Source: an uncultured Gammaproteobacteria bacterium (GTDB lineage Bacteria > Patescibacteriota > Microgenomatia > Daviesbacterales > UBA10151). From it: a stretch of DNA of 32,000 nt. Positions 1 to 9,177 of the stretch are shown here, in pieces. Position 1 is the first letter of the stretch. Every line of letters begins with the position of its first letter. Position numbers and translations under genes: made by a program. Location of the stretch: contig CAZFVS010000001.1 in assembly GCA_964522265.1 (NCBI GenBank), positions 34,410-66,409 of the forward strand, read 5' to 3'. Under the pieces are notes generated by a model, which saw nothing but the letters and a program-made list of their open reading frames with translations, was not told the DNA's origin and made no database searches.

Positions 1-58
1 ACAACACCTAAGACTTTGGTCTGTTGGTTTTTCTGCAGGATGTTTTTAGATATTTGTT

Positions 59-1522
59 TCAAATCAGTTCTGGAAAATGTCTAACATATACTGTTTTCCA
101 TTCTGAATAGATATCTAGCGCTTCTGTGCCGGGTTCCCGAAAACCGTTTCCAGAATTTTTTAATCCACCAAAAGGCATATGAGGTTCACTACCATATGTT
201 GGTCCGTTAACTGAAACAACCCCTGTTTCAATTGACTGTATAAAAATTTGCACCCTGTGAATATTGTTTGTATGGATAGCGGCTGTCAGCCCGAATGGGG
301 AATTATTGGCAAGTTTTATTGCCTCATCAAAATTTTTAACTTTATAAAGACAGGTGATAGGACCAAAAAGTTCTAAATTTGATATCTCTGCATCAGTTGG
401 AACATTTTCCAAAATCGTTGGCTCCATGTAATACCCATTTTTATATCTGGTGCCAACTTTTCTCCTACCGCCTATTAAAATTTTACTACCTTCTTTTTTG
501 GCATTTTCAACGGCAGACACCATCTGTTCCAGTTGTGTAAGGTTAATGACGGGTCCAAGATCATCCTCATCCCCTGAACCAAGTTTTAATTTCAGGGTTT
601 TTTGCAATAATAATTTTTTAAACTTGGGGTATATTTTTTCAAAAACTATTATTCTTGAACCTGAAGCACACCTTTGGCCGGCATTGGAAAAAGCCGAAAG
701 GTAAACATCTGTTGCAGCTTTTTCCAAATCAGCATCATTGCAAACGACCAAAGCATTTTTTCCACCTAATTCCAGACAAACTTTGGCAAGCCTTTCGCCT
801 GCAGTTTTTTGTATCCACCTGCCAACTGTTACTGAACCTGTAAAAGAGACCAAATTTACCCTATTATCTTCAACAAGAGGAGCTCCTGTCTCCTCACCAA
901 AACCATGAATAATATTGAAAACTCCATTTGGCAAGCCAGCTTCTTTTAAAATTTTGGCAAACAAATTCGCAGTGTAAGGGGTATCTTCCGATGGTTTCAT
1001 AATTGCAGTATTTCCGCAGAGAAGTGCTGGATAAGCTTTCCATGCAACATTGGCAATCGGGGTATTTGCAGCGATGATTAAAGTACATACCCCGATTGGT
1101 TGTCGAATAGTATATGCAAATCGATTTGGTACACCTGAAGTAGTAGTTTTTCCATAAAACCTTCTTCCCTCTCCGCATATAAAAAATCCCAATTCAATAG
1201 CTGCTCCAACCTCACCCAAAGCATCCTTTTTAGATTTACCGGTTTCAAGGTGTATTATTTCTGCAATTTCTTCATTTCTACTCTGCATTATCTGTGTTGC
1301 TGCTCTTAAAATTTCTGCTCTTTTTGTAATTTGAGTATTTTTCCAATTTTGAAAAGCTTCGGTTGCTGAAGATAATGATATTTCGCAGTCTTTAATGCTA
1401 CTTCTTGCAACTTTACCAAGGATTTTACCGGTATCAGGATTGAGTTTTTCAAAATATTGTTGATCGGCAGAAGACCTTTCCTTATTATCAACCCAGTTTA
1501 AGACTTTTTCCGGATAAAACAT
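59..1522 (-). CDS. NAD(P)-dependent aldehyde dehydrogenase family protein
   Basis: 487-aa ORF of typical family length. ALDH hallmarks are present: CLELGGKNA and the catalytic-Cys motif FSNAGQRCASGSR. Confidence 0.9.
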   Translation of the reverse strand: MFYPEKVLNWVDNKERSSADQQYFEKLNPDTGKILGKVARSSIKDCEISLSSATEAFQNWKNTQITKRAEILRAATQIMQSRNEEIAEIIHLETGKSKKDALGEVGAAIELGFFICGEGRRFYGKTTTSGVPNRFAYTIRQPIGVCTLIIAANTPIANVAWKAYPALLCGNTAIMKPSEDTPYTANLFAKILKEAGLPNGVFNIIHGFGEETGAPLVEDNRVNLVSFTGSVTVGRWIQKTAGERLAKVCLELGGKNALVVCNDADLEKAATDVYLSAFSNAGQRCASGSRIIVFEKIYPKFKKLLLQKTLKLKLGSGDEDDLGPVINLTQLEQMVSAVENAKKEGSKILIGGRRKVGTRYKNGYYMEPTILENVPTDAEISNLELFGPITCLYKVKNFDEAIKLANNSPFGLTAAIHTNNIHRVQIFIQSIETGVVSVNGPTYGSEPHMPFGGLKNSGNGFREPGTEALDIYSEWKTVYVRHFPELI

Positions 1523-1530
1523 ATGTTGAA

Positions 1531-2340
1531 TTATAGCACAGTTATTCCACCGTCAATCTGGATATTTTGGCCAGTGATATATTTTGATGCATCTGACGCA
1601 AGAAATACCAAAGATCCTGGCAGGTCGTCATCAAAAGCCATCCTACCTAAAGGAATTTTGGCTATAATTTTTCTTCTGAATCTTATGTCCTGATTATTAA
1701 AAACGGCTCCAGGAGAAATTGCATTGACTCTAATATTATTTTTACCCCAATGAACTGCTGTATATTTTGTTAAATTTAACAAAGCTGCTTTTGACGGTCC
1801 GTATAAAGGTGGTTTTAAAAACGGTGGATCAGTTTTTATGTGTGTGTAATTTTTAGGATCTGGGACTATTTCGGCATACATAGAAGCAATATTTATAATG
1901 GAACCATTTTTTATTTTTGACATCTCTGATCCAAAGACTTGTGTCATTAAAAAGGTTCCTAAAACGTTTACCTCTAAGATTTTTTTTCCTACCTCAAATG
2001 GGATATGTTCAAAATAATAAGTTTTTGCCGTTGTTGATGGGGGTTGATCAATTCCCGCATTATTAACCAATATTGTCGGAATACCCAAGTCATTTTTAAT
2101 TTTTTCCAGAACTTTTTCAACCTGTTTTCTTTTGGTGATATCTGCTTTGTAAAGTTTCAATAGATTATTTTTAAACTCGGTTGTTAATTTTAAAAAATTT
2201 TCTTTAACCCTTGTTTTTGACAGATCAATTGCGGCAACAACCGCTCCCGCCTCAAGTAATCCCCGGATCCAAACCGGTCCTAAAAGACCAAGAGCACCTG
2301 TTACAACGGCAATTTTTCCATCAAGTCTAAATTTGTCCAT
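1531..2340 (-). CDS. Short-chain dehydrogenase/reductase (SDR) family oxidoreductase
   Basis: 269 aa. Has the Rossmann motif VVTGALGLLG, NNAG, and a catalytic YGPSK (YxxxK). Confidence 0.85.
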   Translation of the reverse strand: MDKFRLDGKIAVVTGALGLLGPVWIRGLLEAGAVVAAIDLSKTRVKENFLKLTTEFKNNLLKLYKADITKRKQVEKVLEKIKNDLGIPTILVNNAGIDQPPSTTAKTYYFEHIPFEVGKKILEVNVLGTFLMTQVFGSEMSKIKNGSIINIASMYAEIVPDPKNYTHIKTDPPFLKPPLYGPSKAALLNLTKYTAVHWGKNNIRVNAISPGAVFNNQDIRFRRKIIAKIPLGRMAFDDDLPGSLVFLASDASKYITGQNIQIDGGITVL

Positions 2341-3229
2341 AATTTGACTGCTGTATAATCAATATTAAATCCGTTAAATTTCGAATCACATGATCACCAC
2401 GTTTTTTAGGCAATATAAGGTTAACAGTTGTCAGTACAAGTGGATGTGCATCATTGGGACATGTAGAAAAACCTACCTTTTTTAATAATGGAATATCATT
2501 TATATCATCTCCAATAAAACAAACCTCACTGAAGTTTAATTTCCATCGTTCAATTAATTTATGGGCTTGAGAAATTTTATCATCAATCCCAATAAAGCAT
2601 TCTATCTTTAATTTTTTCGCTCTTGCTGTAGCAATTGAAACTTTCTCTTTTGAAATCATCCCGATTTTGAAATTAGCTTTTTGCATCTGCTCTAATCCTA
2701 AGCTATCTATTCTTGAAAAACTGGCAAATTCCTCACCGTCTTGATTAACCCAAACTTTTCCATCTGTCATAGTCCCGTCAACATCCATAATAATACCTTT
2801 AATATTTTTTATCTTCTTTTTTAAATCAGCAGATAATTTCTCCGATTCGATATAATCCGACAGGTAATTTTTATATGTGATAAATGATAGGGCTTGTTTG
2901 GGTGCTAAACGATGGGGGATACCGGAATTTATTGTAATCATATCACCTTTTTTAACCACAATCTTTTCGGGATTTATTAGGTTTGTACCCCTCCATTCAT
3001 GTATTGATCTAAATGTTTTTTCTTCTATCTCCCCGCCCTTTTCCAATATTCCACTACCAGAAATTATATAACTTAAATCTACTGCCATATCATGTTGCTC
3101 AACCTTTAAAGGTTTCTTGGCAAGATTTAACGATAACAGAGGTCTTCCAAATCGGTCGGTTTTTAACACCATTGTTTTTTTGCCATTTTTTTGAATGACC
3201 TTGGTTAATTTGGAGAGGTTATCTATCAT
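2327..3229 (-). CDS. Fusion protein: N-terminal cupin domain plus C-terminal KdsC-family HAD-IIIA sugar-acid phosphate phosphatase (KDO-8-P / KDN-9-P / Neu5Ac-9-P phosphatase type)
   Basis: 300 aa. The C-terminal half (IIMDVDGTMTDG...GEEFASFSRIDSLG...FIGDDINDIPLLKKVGFSTCPNDAHP...KKRGDHVIRNLTDLIL) follows the KdsC pattern. The N-terminal ~130 aa looks like a small cupin barrel (ISGSGILEKGGE...GDMITINSGIPHRL). It shares an ATGA overlap (3226-3229) with the NeuB-family gene. Confidence 0.75.
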   Translation of the reverse strand: MIDNLSKLTKVIQKNGKKTMVLKTDRFGRPLLSLNLAKKPLKVEQHDMAVDLSYIISGSGILEKGGEIEEKTFRSIHEWRGTNLINPEKIVVKKGDMITINSGIPHRLAPKQALSFITYKNYLSDYIESEKLSADLKKKIKNIKGIIMDVDGTMTDGKVWVNQDGEEFASFSRIDSLGLEQMQKANFKIGMISKEKVSIATARAKKLKIECFIGIDDKISQAHKLIERWKLNFSEVCFIGDDINDIPLLKKVGFSTCPNDAHPLVLTTVNLILPKKRGDHVIRNLTDLILIIQQSNYGQI

Positions 3230-4290
3230 GGAAGAATTTCAATATATCCAAAATCCAGCGGTTGATCCTTTTTTAATGGAGTTTTCAGGATCTTACCGTA
3301 GAATTTTTCAATGTGGTAGGGGAGTATGCCCTCGCAGGGAGATTTCAAAGTTAAGTCATTTTTAGTAATTTTATGGCCTTGAGGTAATTGTTTTGCAGCC
3401 ACAATGCATTTACCCATTTTGAATCTTGCCGGTTCTTCTTCCTTAAACATTTTTTTTATGCCATCCCCTAGCGCTAATCTGATGCGCCGCAGATCCCTAA
3501 CGAGTTTTTTCATACCGACCGGTTCTAAAGAAAACGCATGGTCTGAACCCTTCATTGATCTGTCAAGCGTAAAATGTTTTTCAATAACTCTTACTCCGAG
3601 ACAATATGCTACAGGATCGACAGAAATCCCGTTAAAGTGGTTTGAGAACCCAATTACTGTATTAGGAAATTTCTTCCTAAAGGTTTCAATAACCCTCATA
3701 TTCAGATATTGCGCCGGTGCCGGATAGACTGCGGTGCACTGCATTAAAACCAACTTATTGTTTATATCTGTTATTTCATCATGTGCTCTTATAACGTCAT
3801 CTAAATTTGCTGTCCCTGTTGATACGATCATAGGTTTTTTAAATTTAGCAACATACTTTAAAAGAGGGATATTGATTATGTCTGAAGATGCAATTTTGAA
3901 ACAATCAACGTTGAGATCATTTAAAAAATCAGCACTTTGAAAATCCCAGGCTGTTGCAAAAAATATAAGCCCCAATTTTTCTGCGTAGCGTTTTAGTTTT
4001 TTGTATTCCTTTTTACTAAACTCTAATGCTTGTCTGTGAAGACCATAGGTCGGACCGAATGCATGTTCTGAATTATATGGTGTGTCAAAAAACTTTTTTG
4101 TAAAGACCGCTCTATTGTTTCTTTTTTGTATCTTTACAGCATCAACACCGCAGAACCTGGCCATTTCAAACATTCTCTTGCAAATTTCTACATCACCTTG
4201 GTGGTTTTGGCCAATCTCAGCTATTACAAAACAATCACTTGAATCGGAAATTACTTTATCGGCGATCTTTATTTGCCTTAAATAAGACAT
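3226..4290 (-). CDS. NeuB-family nonulosonic acid (sialic acid/KDN-type) synthase with C-terminal SAF domain
   Basis: 354 aa. The N-terminal motif FVIAEIGQNHQGD is typical of NeuB/PseI/LegI aldolase-type synthases. The C-terminal ~60 aa is SAF/antifreeze-like. The exact substrate cannot be read from the sequence. Confidence 0.85.
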   Translation of the reverse strand: MSYLRQIKIADKVISDSSDCFVIAEIGQNHQGDVEICKRMFEMARFCGVDAVKIQKRNNRAVFTKKFFDTPYNSEHAFGPTYGLHRQALEFSKKEYKKLKRYAEKLGLIFFATAWDFQSADFLNDLNVDCFKIASSDIINIPLLKYVAKFKKPMIVSTGTANLDDVIRAHDEITDINNKLVLMQCTAVYPAPAQYLNMRVIETFRKKFPNTVIGFSNHFNGISVDPVAYCLGVRVIEKHFTLDRSMKGSDHAFSLEPVGMKKLVRDLRRIRLALGDGIKKMFKEEEPARFKMGKCIVAAKQLPQGHKITKNDLTLKSPCEGILPYHIEKFYGKILKTPLKKDQPLDFGYIEILP

Positions 4291-4389
4291 TTTTAAAGGA
4301 TAATATCACAATAAAATATTTCCAAAAAAAAAGCAATATATCAATTTTTTTCATACCCTAGCCGTAAGTGAAAGCTTAAAATATAAAAT

Positions 4390-4953
4390 TTACTTCATGA
4401 AGAAATTGGATTCCTTGCGTTTAAGCCAAGCGTCTAAGGTTTGTGCATTTTTATCTTTTTCAGATTGGATAGGTTTTACATTAATCGGCCATTTAATATC
4501 AATTTTGGGGTCGTTCCATAAAATACCTGATTCACAGTTAGGATTATATATGCTTGTGCACAAATACTGAATCTCTGCCCACGGGCTTAATACTAAAAAA
4601 CCTCTGGCAAAACCTGCAGGAGCATAAAGCATTTTTTTATTGTCTGAACTTGCTTCTATCCCGAACCATTTTCCTAGTGTTTTTGATTGTTTTCTAATAT
4701 CAACTGCAACTATGAATGCCTTACCTAAGGAAACCCGCATTAGTTTAGCCATAGGGGGGGTCCATTGAAAGTGCAGCCCTCGGACTACTCCTCTTTTTGA
4801 TCTGGAATGATTTTCTTGGACAAATTCTGCTGTAATTCCTGCTTCAAAGAGTTTATCTTTTCTATAAACCTCCATAAAAAAACCTCTATTGTCACCTAAA
4901 ACATTAGGGGTTAATACAAAAAGATCCTTGATTTCTGTTTTTTCTATAGTCAT
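4390..4953 (-). CDS. rmlC: dTDP-4-dehydrorhamnose 3,5-epimerase family (RmlC-type NDP-4-keto-6-deoxyhexose 3,5-epimerase)
   Basis: 187 aa. Canonical RmlC pattern: GDNRGFFME, VQENHSRS, VVRGLHFQ, AKLMRV, VAVDIRKQSKTLGKW, PAGFARGF, WNDP.I.I.WP. Confidence 0.9.
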   Translation of the reverse strand: MTIEKTEIKDLFVLTPNVLGDNRGFFMEVYRKDKLFEAGITAEFVQENHSRSKRGVVRGLHFQWTPPMAKLMRVSLGKAFIVAVDIRKQSKTLGKWFGIEASSDNKKMLYAPAGFARGFLVLSPWAEIQYLCTSIYNPNCESGILWNDPKIDIKWPINVKPIQSEKDKNAQTLDAWLKRKESNFFMK

Positions 4954-4981
4954 TTATTTTAACTTATTTATGTCCTCTTAT

Positions 4982-5010
4982 ATTATAATATTTATCATCC
5001 TTAAAATCAA
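4982..5010 (-). promoter_or_regulatory. Candidate sigma70-type promoter upstream of rmlC (TTGATT - 17 nt - TATAAT on the minus strand)
   Basis: On the minus strand the -35 TTGATT lies at 5010-5005, the spacer is 17 nt, and the -10 TATAAT lies at 4987-4982. It sits inside an 83-nt intergenic gap about 28 nt upstream of the rmlC ATG. AT-rich DNA yields such matches by chance, so this is a weak call. Confidence 0.3.
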
Positions 5011-5036
5011 AATACAATCTTGAGCAATCTGATTCT

Positions 5037-6032
5037 TCATTGTTGATAAGAGTTGTTTTTAGTTAATTGATTTAAAATTTTATTGACCATTTTAATTTCG
5101 TTATTTGGATTATTGTTTGATCTTGTCATTCCTCTTAGATGAAATCCGAAAGGTTTATTATGCCAAATAAACTCTTCAAATCCTAGTATTGCAACATCAG
5201 GTAAGCCATAATTTTTAAAACCGTTTTCGGTATAAGATAGTGAATCCTTGGGAAGAAAACATAAATTTTCAGGAAGCATTGTCTCAAAAAAAATATTTAA
5301 TGAGGAAACTGCATATTTAGGATTTAGAAAGTCACTTTTCTTGAAAACAGGTGTAATGCATTCAAACCTTGATCCTAAAAATTTCTTATAAATACGGTAA
5401 CCTGTATCTTTTGATTGTAAAATTATCTTCCTGTCGATAAATGTAATTGCCTGAAGTAACGTGATGAGTGGTGATTTTGGTTTTAAATTTCCTTTAAACA
5501 GAATTTTCCCAAATCCGTGAGTTTTTACTGTTATCTCTTTATTGTTATATCCGGGTAAGAAATTAATTTTATTTTTATCAACACTTTTTAAGTCAATGAA
5601 AAGGCAGTGTACTGCAGGGAAATATCTGTATTTTGTGTACCATTTAGGATGCCAAGGGGTACCCAAAAAAGATAATTTTTGCAAACGCATATATTCGATA
5701 ACGCTTTTGAGCAAGCCGGTTGTAATTATATAAAAATCAGGGTCTAAAATCAGGGCATACCGCGTCCTAACATTTTTAATAGCTTTATTGAGTGCAGCTC
5801 CATGGTGGTAGCTACCTCTAAAATATGAAGGAATATTATCCGGATAGCTCTCACCTTTAATTATTCGTAAACCCTTGGAAGTTTTTGAATAATTTTCTTG
5901 ACCGGAATTATTAACTATAAACCATCTGATTTCTATAGATTTATTTAATTTTTTTAAAAGATCTATATTCAGTTTCAGAAATCCTAAATGGTCACTAGAG
6001 AAATAAACAGAACATACAGTTAATTTTGTCAT
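5037..6032 (-). CDS. Putative GT-A fold glycosyltransferase (GT2-like), specificity unknown
   Basis: 331 aa. GSYHHGAALNKAI followed by YALILDPDFY (a DxD-like DPD) resembles the GT2 nucleotide-sugar binding core. No closer family is recognisable by eye. ATGA overlap with the upstream gene (6029-6032). Confidence 0.5.
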   Translation of the reverse strand: MTKLTVCSVYFSSDHLGFLKLNIDLLKKLNKSIEIRWFIVNNSGQENYSKTSKGLRIIKGESYPDNIPSYFRGSYHHGAALNKAIKNVRTRYALILDPDFYIITTGLLKSVIEYMRLQKLSFLGTPWHPKWYTKYRYFPAVHCLFIDLKSVDKNKINFLPGYNNKEITVKTHGFGKILFKGNLKPKSPLITLLQAITFIDRKIILQSKDTGYRIYKKFLGSRFECITPVFKKSDFLNPKYAVSSLNIFFETMLPENLCFLPKDSLSYTENGFKNYGLPDVAILGFEEFIWHNKPFGFHLRGMTRSNNNPNNEIKMVNKILNQLTKNNSYQQ

Positions 6033-7090
6033 TTTAGTAATGTTCCAAGTAAATGCTTATATCGGTACAATGAATTCCGATGCCGGTTTTTTGTAAAAGC
6101 TGAATATAATGAGGTTATCAGTTGCGATAATCTGGTTTTTGTGGAAACATTCAGCTGGGTATAAGGGATAGCGAATTGATTAATCTCTTTTGTGTTGTAA
6201 TATTTTTTCATGATATCCTCAACAGATGTAAGTTGGCTATTGTGAGGCGAACAATTACGGTTGAGGCTATATACAAAAGGGCATTTCCAATCGGCACACT
6301 TTTTTATGTAATCAGTGACTTGTTTTGTTGTCATTTCCTGAAAAGAAACCATATTAATAATCAAATCAGGGCGCTGAAATTTTAATTTTTTCCAAAGATA
6401 ATTGGGTATAAAAACAAAGTCATACGCAATAATATCTTTGATCTGAACTTTTTGGAAATTATCAAAAAATAATATTTTTTTATTTGGAAATAGTGTTATT
6501 AAATATGTTGCAGAAAATAATAAAGCCTGAGGTAAATCTACTACAACATAAGTGATATCGGGAAAAAGTGTTTTAAACTGGTATGCAAACCCACCCCAAC
6601 CAGAACCAATTTCTAAAATTATTTTTGACTTTTCTTTTTTAAAGCAATTGAGCTGATCGTTATAGTCAAGTGTTATTAAACATTCGTAAAATTTTAAAGT
6701 GTCTAAATTATATAATTTTCCATTAATAATATGTCCAAAACCACCTAACAAAGGTGACTCCGGTACTAGCAGGGAATTTTTATCTTTGGACTTTAAATAT
6801 TTCAACTTATTTTTTAACAAGGTGCTACTATGAGCATGGTGCTGACGATATTGATATTCATGCAATCCTGTTAAGTGGTAGGAATGGTGTCTTAAATTGT
6901 AAATTATCAAAGGTGAAGCCTTCAGCATATAATCAAAACCCCGAAGTTCTTCCTGCCAGTAAAGGCTTAATTTTTGATCGGTATTGTTATTGAGCATTGA
7001 GAGAACTGCCTTTCTTACTATTTGATAATTCTTATACCCTTTACTATTTGATAACCTGATTAGATATTTCTGGAATTTAGAATTAGACAT
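6029..7090 (-). CDS. Class I SAM-dependent methyltransferase (putative sugar O-methyltransferase)
   Basis: 353 aa. SAM-binding motif I is ILEIGSGWGGFAY, followed by an acidic loop VVVDLP. It sits in a glycan cluster. Confidence 0.65.
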   Translation of the reverse strand: MSNSKFQKYLIRLSNSKGYKNYQIVRKAVLSMLNNNTDQKLSLYWQEELRGFDYMLKASPLIIYNLRHHSYHLTGLHEYQYRQHHAHSSTLLKNKLKYLKSKDKNSLLVPESPLLGGFGHIINGKLYNLDTLKFYECLITLDYNDQLNCFKKEKSKIILEIGSGWGGFAYQFKTLFPDITYVVVDLPQALLFSATYLITLFPNKKILFFDNFQKVQIKDIIAYDFVFIPNYLWKKLKFQRPDLIINMVSFQEMTTKQVTDYIKKCADWKCPFVYSLNRNCSPHNSQLTSVEDIMKKYYNTKEINQFAIPYTQLNVSTKTRLSQLITSLYSAFTKNRHRNSLYRYKHLLGTLLK

Positions 7091-7104
7091 TTTTTTAAAA
7101 AGCC

Positions 7105-8466
7105 CTATACCAACATTTTCTCAATCTGATTAGCCATAACTTCTCCGGCTGTATTTTTAAAGCCCAAAGGATTTATATAAAGGCTTACAAAGTTTTCCCT
7201 TTTTTTCTTTAAATTATCTTTTCCATTAAGAACATCAAGAAACTTTTTCAAAAACTGGTTTTTTGAATATGCCAGTTCCATAACATTATTTTTAAGTAAA
7301 TGCTGAAAATGTTGTGCTTCCTGCTGGGTTTGGCGGTATTTTTCTGACATCATTGCTATAATGGGCTTATTTATGATTACGGCATCTATCATCGCACTGG
7401 TGTTAATACCAACTACTGCAGACGCGTAGTATAAAGTATCATAGAAAATTTGTAATTTCTCGTTTGTTGAAGGAAGTGATCCTCCTTTTGGGTATATAAT
7501 TAGTTTAGGTTTACTGATTTTTTGGTATATTTTAGCGTTTGCAGGATGAGGTCGTATAATCAGTTGAGTTCTATTTAAGCGGTTGTCTTTTGCCTGATCG
7601 AGAGATTGACGGATTTCTTGAATCAGCCAAGTTTCATCGGATGCTATGTTGCCGGAGGAGCCGAGATATAATAAAATAGGATCGTTAGGATTTAACCCTA
7701 ATTTTGTACAAAAAACAGTTCTATTTATCGATGGTTTTAAGTTTCCGAACCATTTGTCAAAAAATGGTGAACCAGCAATTTTTATATTTTTCTTATTTAT
7801 TTTTTGATGAATAATAGCTTCTTTTTCCTGCGACTTATTCCAAACCAAAAGTAAATCAGGTGTGATATGAATTAATCCTTTAGTGGTAAGATTATCCCAG
7901 GATAGAACAGGTATAACAGTAGGTATATTTATTTTTTTTGCAGCTTTTATATATTCTATTTCTTCGGAAAAACGCATATTTGCCGGTCCTGCAATAACTA
8001 TCGCTGGTTTAAAGTTTTTAATATCAATTAAAATATTTTTATCAGCAGGGGTATAAAATTCAATTTGACTTAAAATATGTCCAAAAAGATTAGATTTTAT
8101 CATACTGTTTACAAATTCATATTTGGTTAAAAATGGTAAAGGTGGTATTAAATAGCTTCGCCATCTCTTTTTGTAATAATCGGATTGGTTTTTAATAAGT
8201 AAATACCGTCTATAACTTAACAACTCTCGCAGAGGGAATATATACATTCTTATCCAATTCTTTCTGATTTTAGACCAGCCAAATTCAAAATTTTTATTTT
8301 CTTTTTGAAAATTTTTTATTTGTGTTGGAATATTTCTGCCCCAATTCTTATTAAATAAAATCTTAGTTTTGATATTTTTATCACAGAGAGCTTTTATGAT
8401 AGATTCATAATAGGTAAAATGTTCCGTTGATCTTATTATAAAAAGAACTTTTTTAATTTTATGCAT
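7105..8466 (-). CDS. Uncharacterised 453-aa protein with a GT-B-like layout (putative glycosyl/sugar-acid transferase); intact paralog of the broken gene at 10145-11571
   Basis: The long ORF is colinear with and similar to the two ORF fragments at 10927-11571 and 10145-10813 (shared blocks RELLSYRRYLL, VIAGP..MRFSEE..YIKAAKK..IPT, SWDNLT, GSPFFDKWFGNLKP, LLYLGSS, IIRPHP, VGINTS.MIDAVI.NKP). The order of LYLGSS / RPHP / GINTS / NKPI blocks recalls TagF/KpsS-like GT-B enzymes. I cannot name a family. Confidence 0.45.
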   Translation of the reverse strand: MHKIKKVLFIIRSTEHFTYYESIIKALCDKNIKTKILFNKNWGRNIPTQIKNFQKENKNFEFGWSKIRKNWIRMYIFPLRELLSYRRYLLIKNQSDYYKKRWRSYLIPPLPFLTKYEFVNSMIKSNLFGHILSQIEFYTPADKNILIDIKNFKPAIVIAGPANMRFSEEIEYIKAAKKINIPTVIPVLSWDNLTTKGLIHITPDLLLVWNKSQEKEAIIHQKINKKNIKIAGSPFFDKWFGNLKPSINRTVFCTKLGLNPNDPILLYLGSSGNIASDETWLIQEIRQSLDQAKDNRLNRTQLIIRPHPANAKIYQKISKPKLIIYPKGGSLPSTNEKLQIFYDTLYYASAVVGINTSAMIDAVIINKPIIAMMSEKYRQTQQEAQHFQHLLKNNVMELAYSKNQFLKKFLDVLNGKDNLKKKRENFVSLYINPLGFKNTAGEVMANQIEKMLV

Positions 8467-9177
8467 TTATAAAATCTTAAGAGCATTGTTATATCTTTCT
8501 GGTGTACCAATATCAACGACGTCGCTTTCTGCCAAAAAACCGAAACAGTTAATATTTGGTAAATTTGGGAAAACGTCATTTTCTATAGAAAAACTTTCTT
8601 CGCGAGGAAAATATTTGATGAAATCTTGATTCATCAAATAAATTCCTGCATTGATTAAAGAAATTCCTTTTTGATAGGATTTTTCTTTAAATGAAATAAT
8701 TTTTTGTCTAGAATCGATTGCTATATTACCATAATCCTTTGCATTATTGGAAAAGGTTAATACTATGGAGCATGTAGACTTTTTAATAATATGAAAATTA
8801 AAAAAATCCATAAGATTAATCTTGCAGATAGAGTCACCGTTTAATATAAAAAATGAATTACCCTTTATAAGGGAGTTTGCTTTTTTTAAAGCCCCACCCG
8901 TTCCCAACGGTTTATTTTCTTCTGAAAAGATAAAATCAAAGTCCCCGTAGTATTTTTTACAGTAATTTTTAATCTGTTCTTTCATTACCCCAACGCAAAG
9001 TATTACTCTTTTTATATTATGGAGTTTTAGAAAAGTTAAAAGAATATCAAAAAAAGTTTTGTCACCAAATTTTACTAATATCTTGGGTGTTTTTGGAATA
9101 ATAGGTTTTAACCTGGATCCCACTCCTCCACAAAGAATTATGGTATCAATAGATTTTAAATCTTGAATGGAATCCAT
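8467..9177 (-). CDS. Sugar-1-phosphate nucleotidylyltransferase (HddC/RmlA-like NTP transferase)
   Basis: 236 aa. N-terminal ILCGGVGSRLKP...PKILV signature of sugar-phosphate nucleotidyltransferases. Its size matches the heptose-1-P guanylyltransferase type. It directly abuts the GHMP kinase gene. Confidence 0.85.
   Translation of the reverse strand: MDSIQDLKSIDTIILCGGVGSRLKPIIPKTPKILVKFGDKTFFDILLTFLKLHNIKRVILCVGVMKEQIKNYCKKYYGDFDFIFSEENKPLGTGGALKKANSLIKGNSFFILNGDSICKINLMDFFNFHIIKKSTCSIVLTFSNNAKDYGNIAIDSRQKIISFKEKSYQKGISLINAGIYLMNQDFIKYFPREESFSIENDVFPNLPNINCFGFLAESDVVDIGTPERYNNALKIL

Noticed and set aside
4291-4389. 99-nt gap upstream of the NeuB-family gene, examined for a promoter or terminator
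   Set aside because: Only weak hexamer matches are present (TTGATA with a 19-nt spacer to TATTTT), and there is no stable GC-rich hairpin. This is not enough to call a feature.
4754-4760. G7 homopolymer inside rmlC
   Set aside because: It is in frame (it encodes the Pro-Pro of WTPPMAK) and the RmlC sequence is intact on both sides, so it is not a lesion. It is noted only as a potential slippage site.
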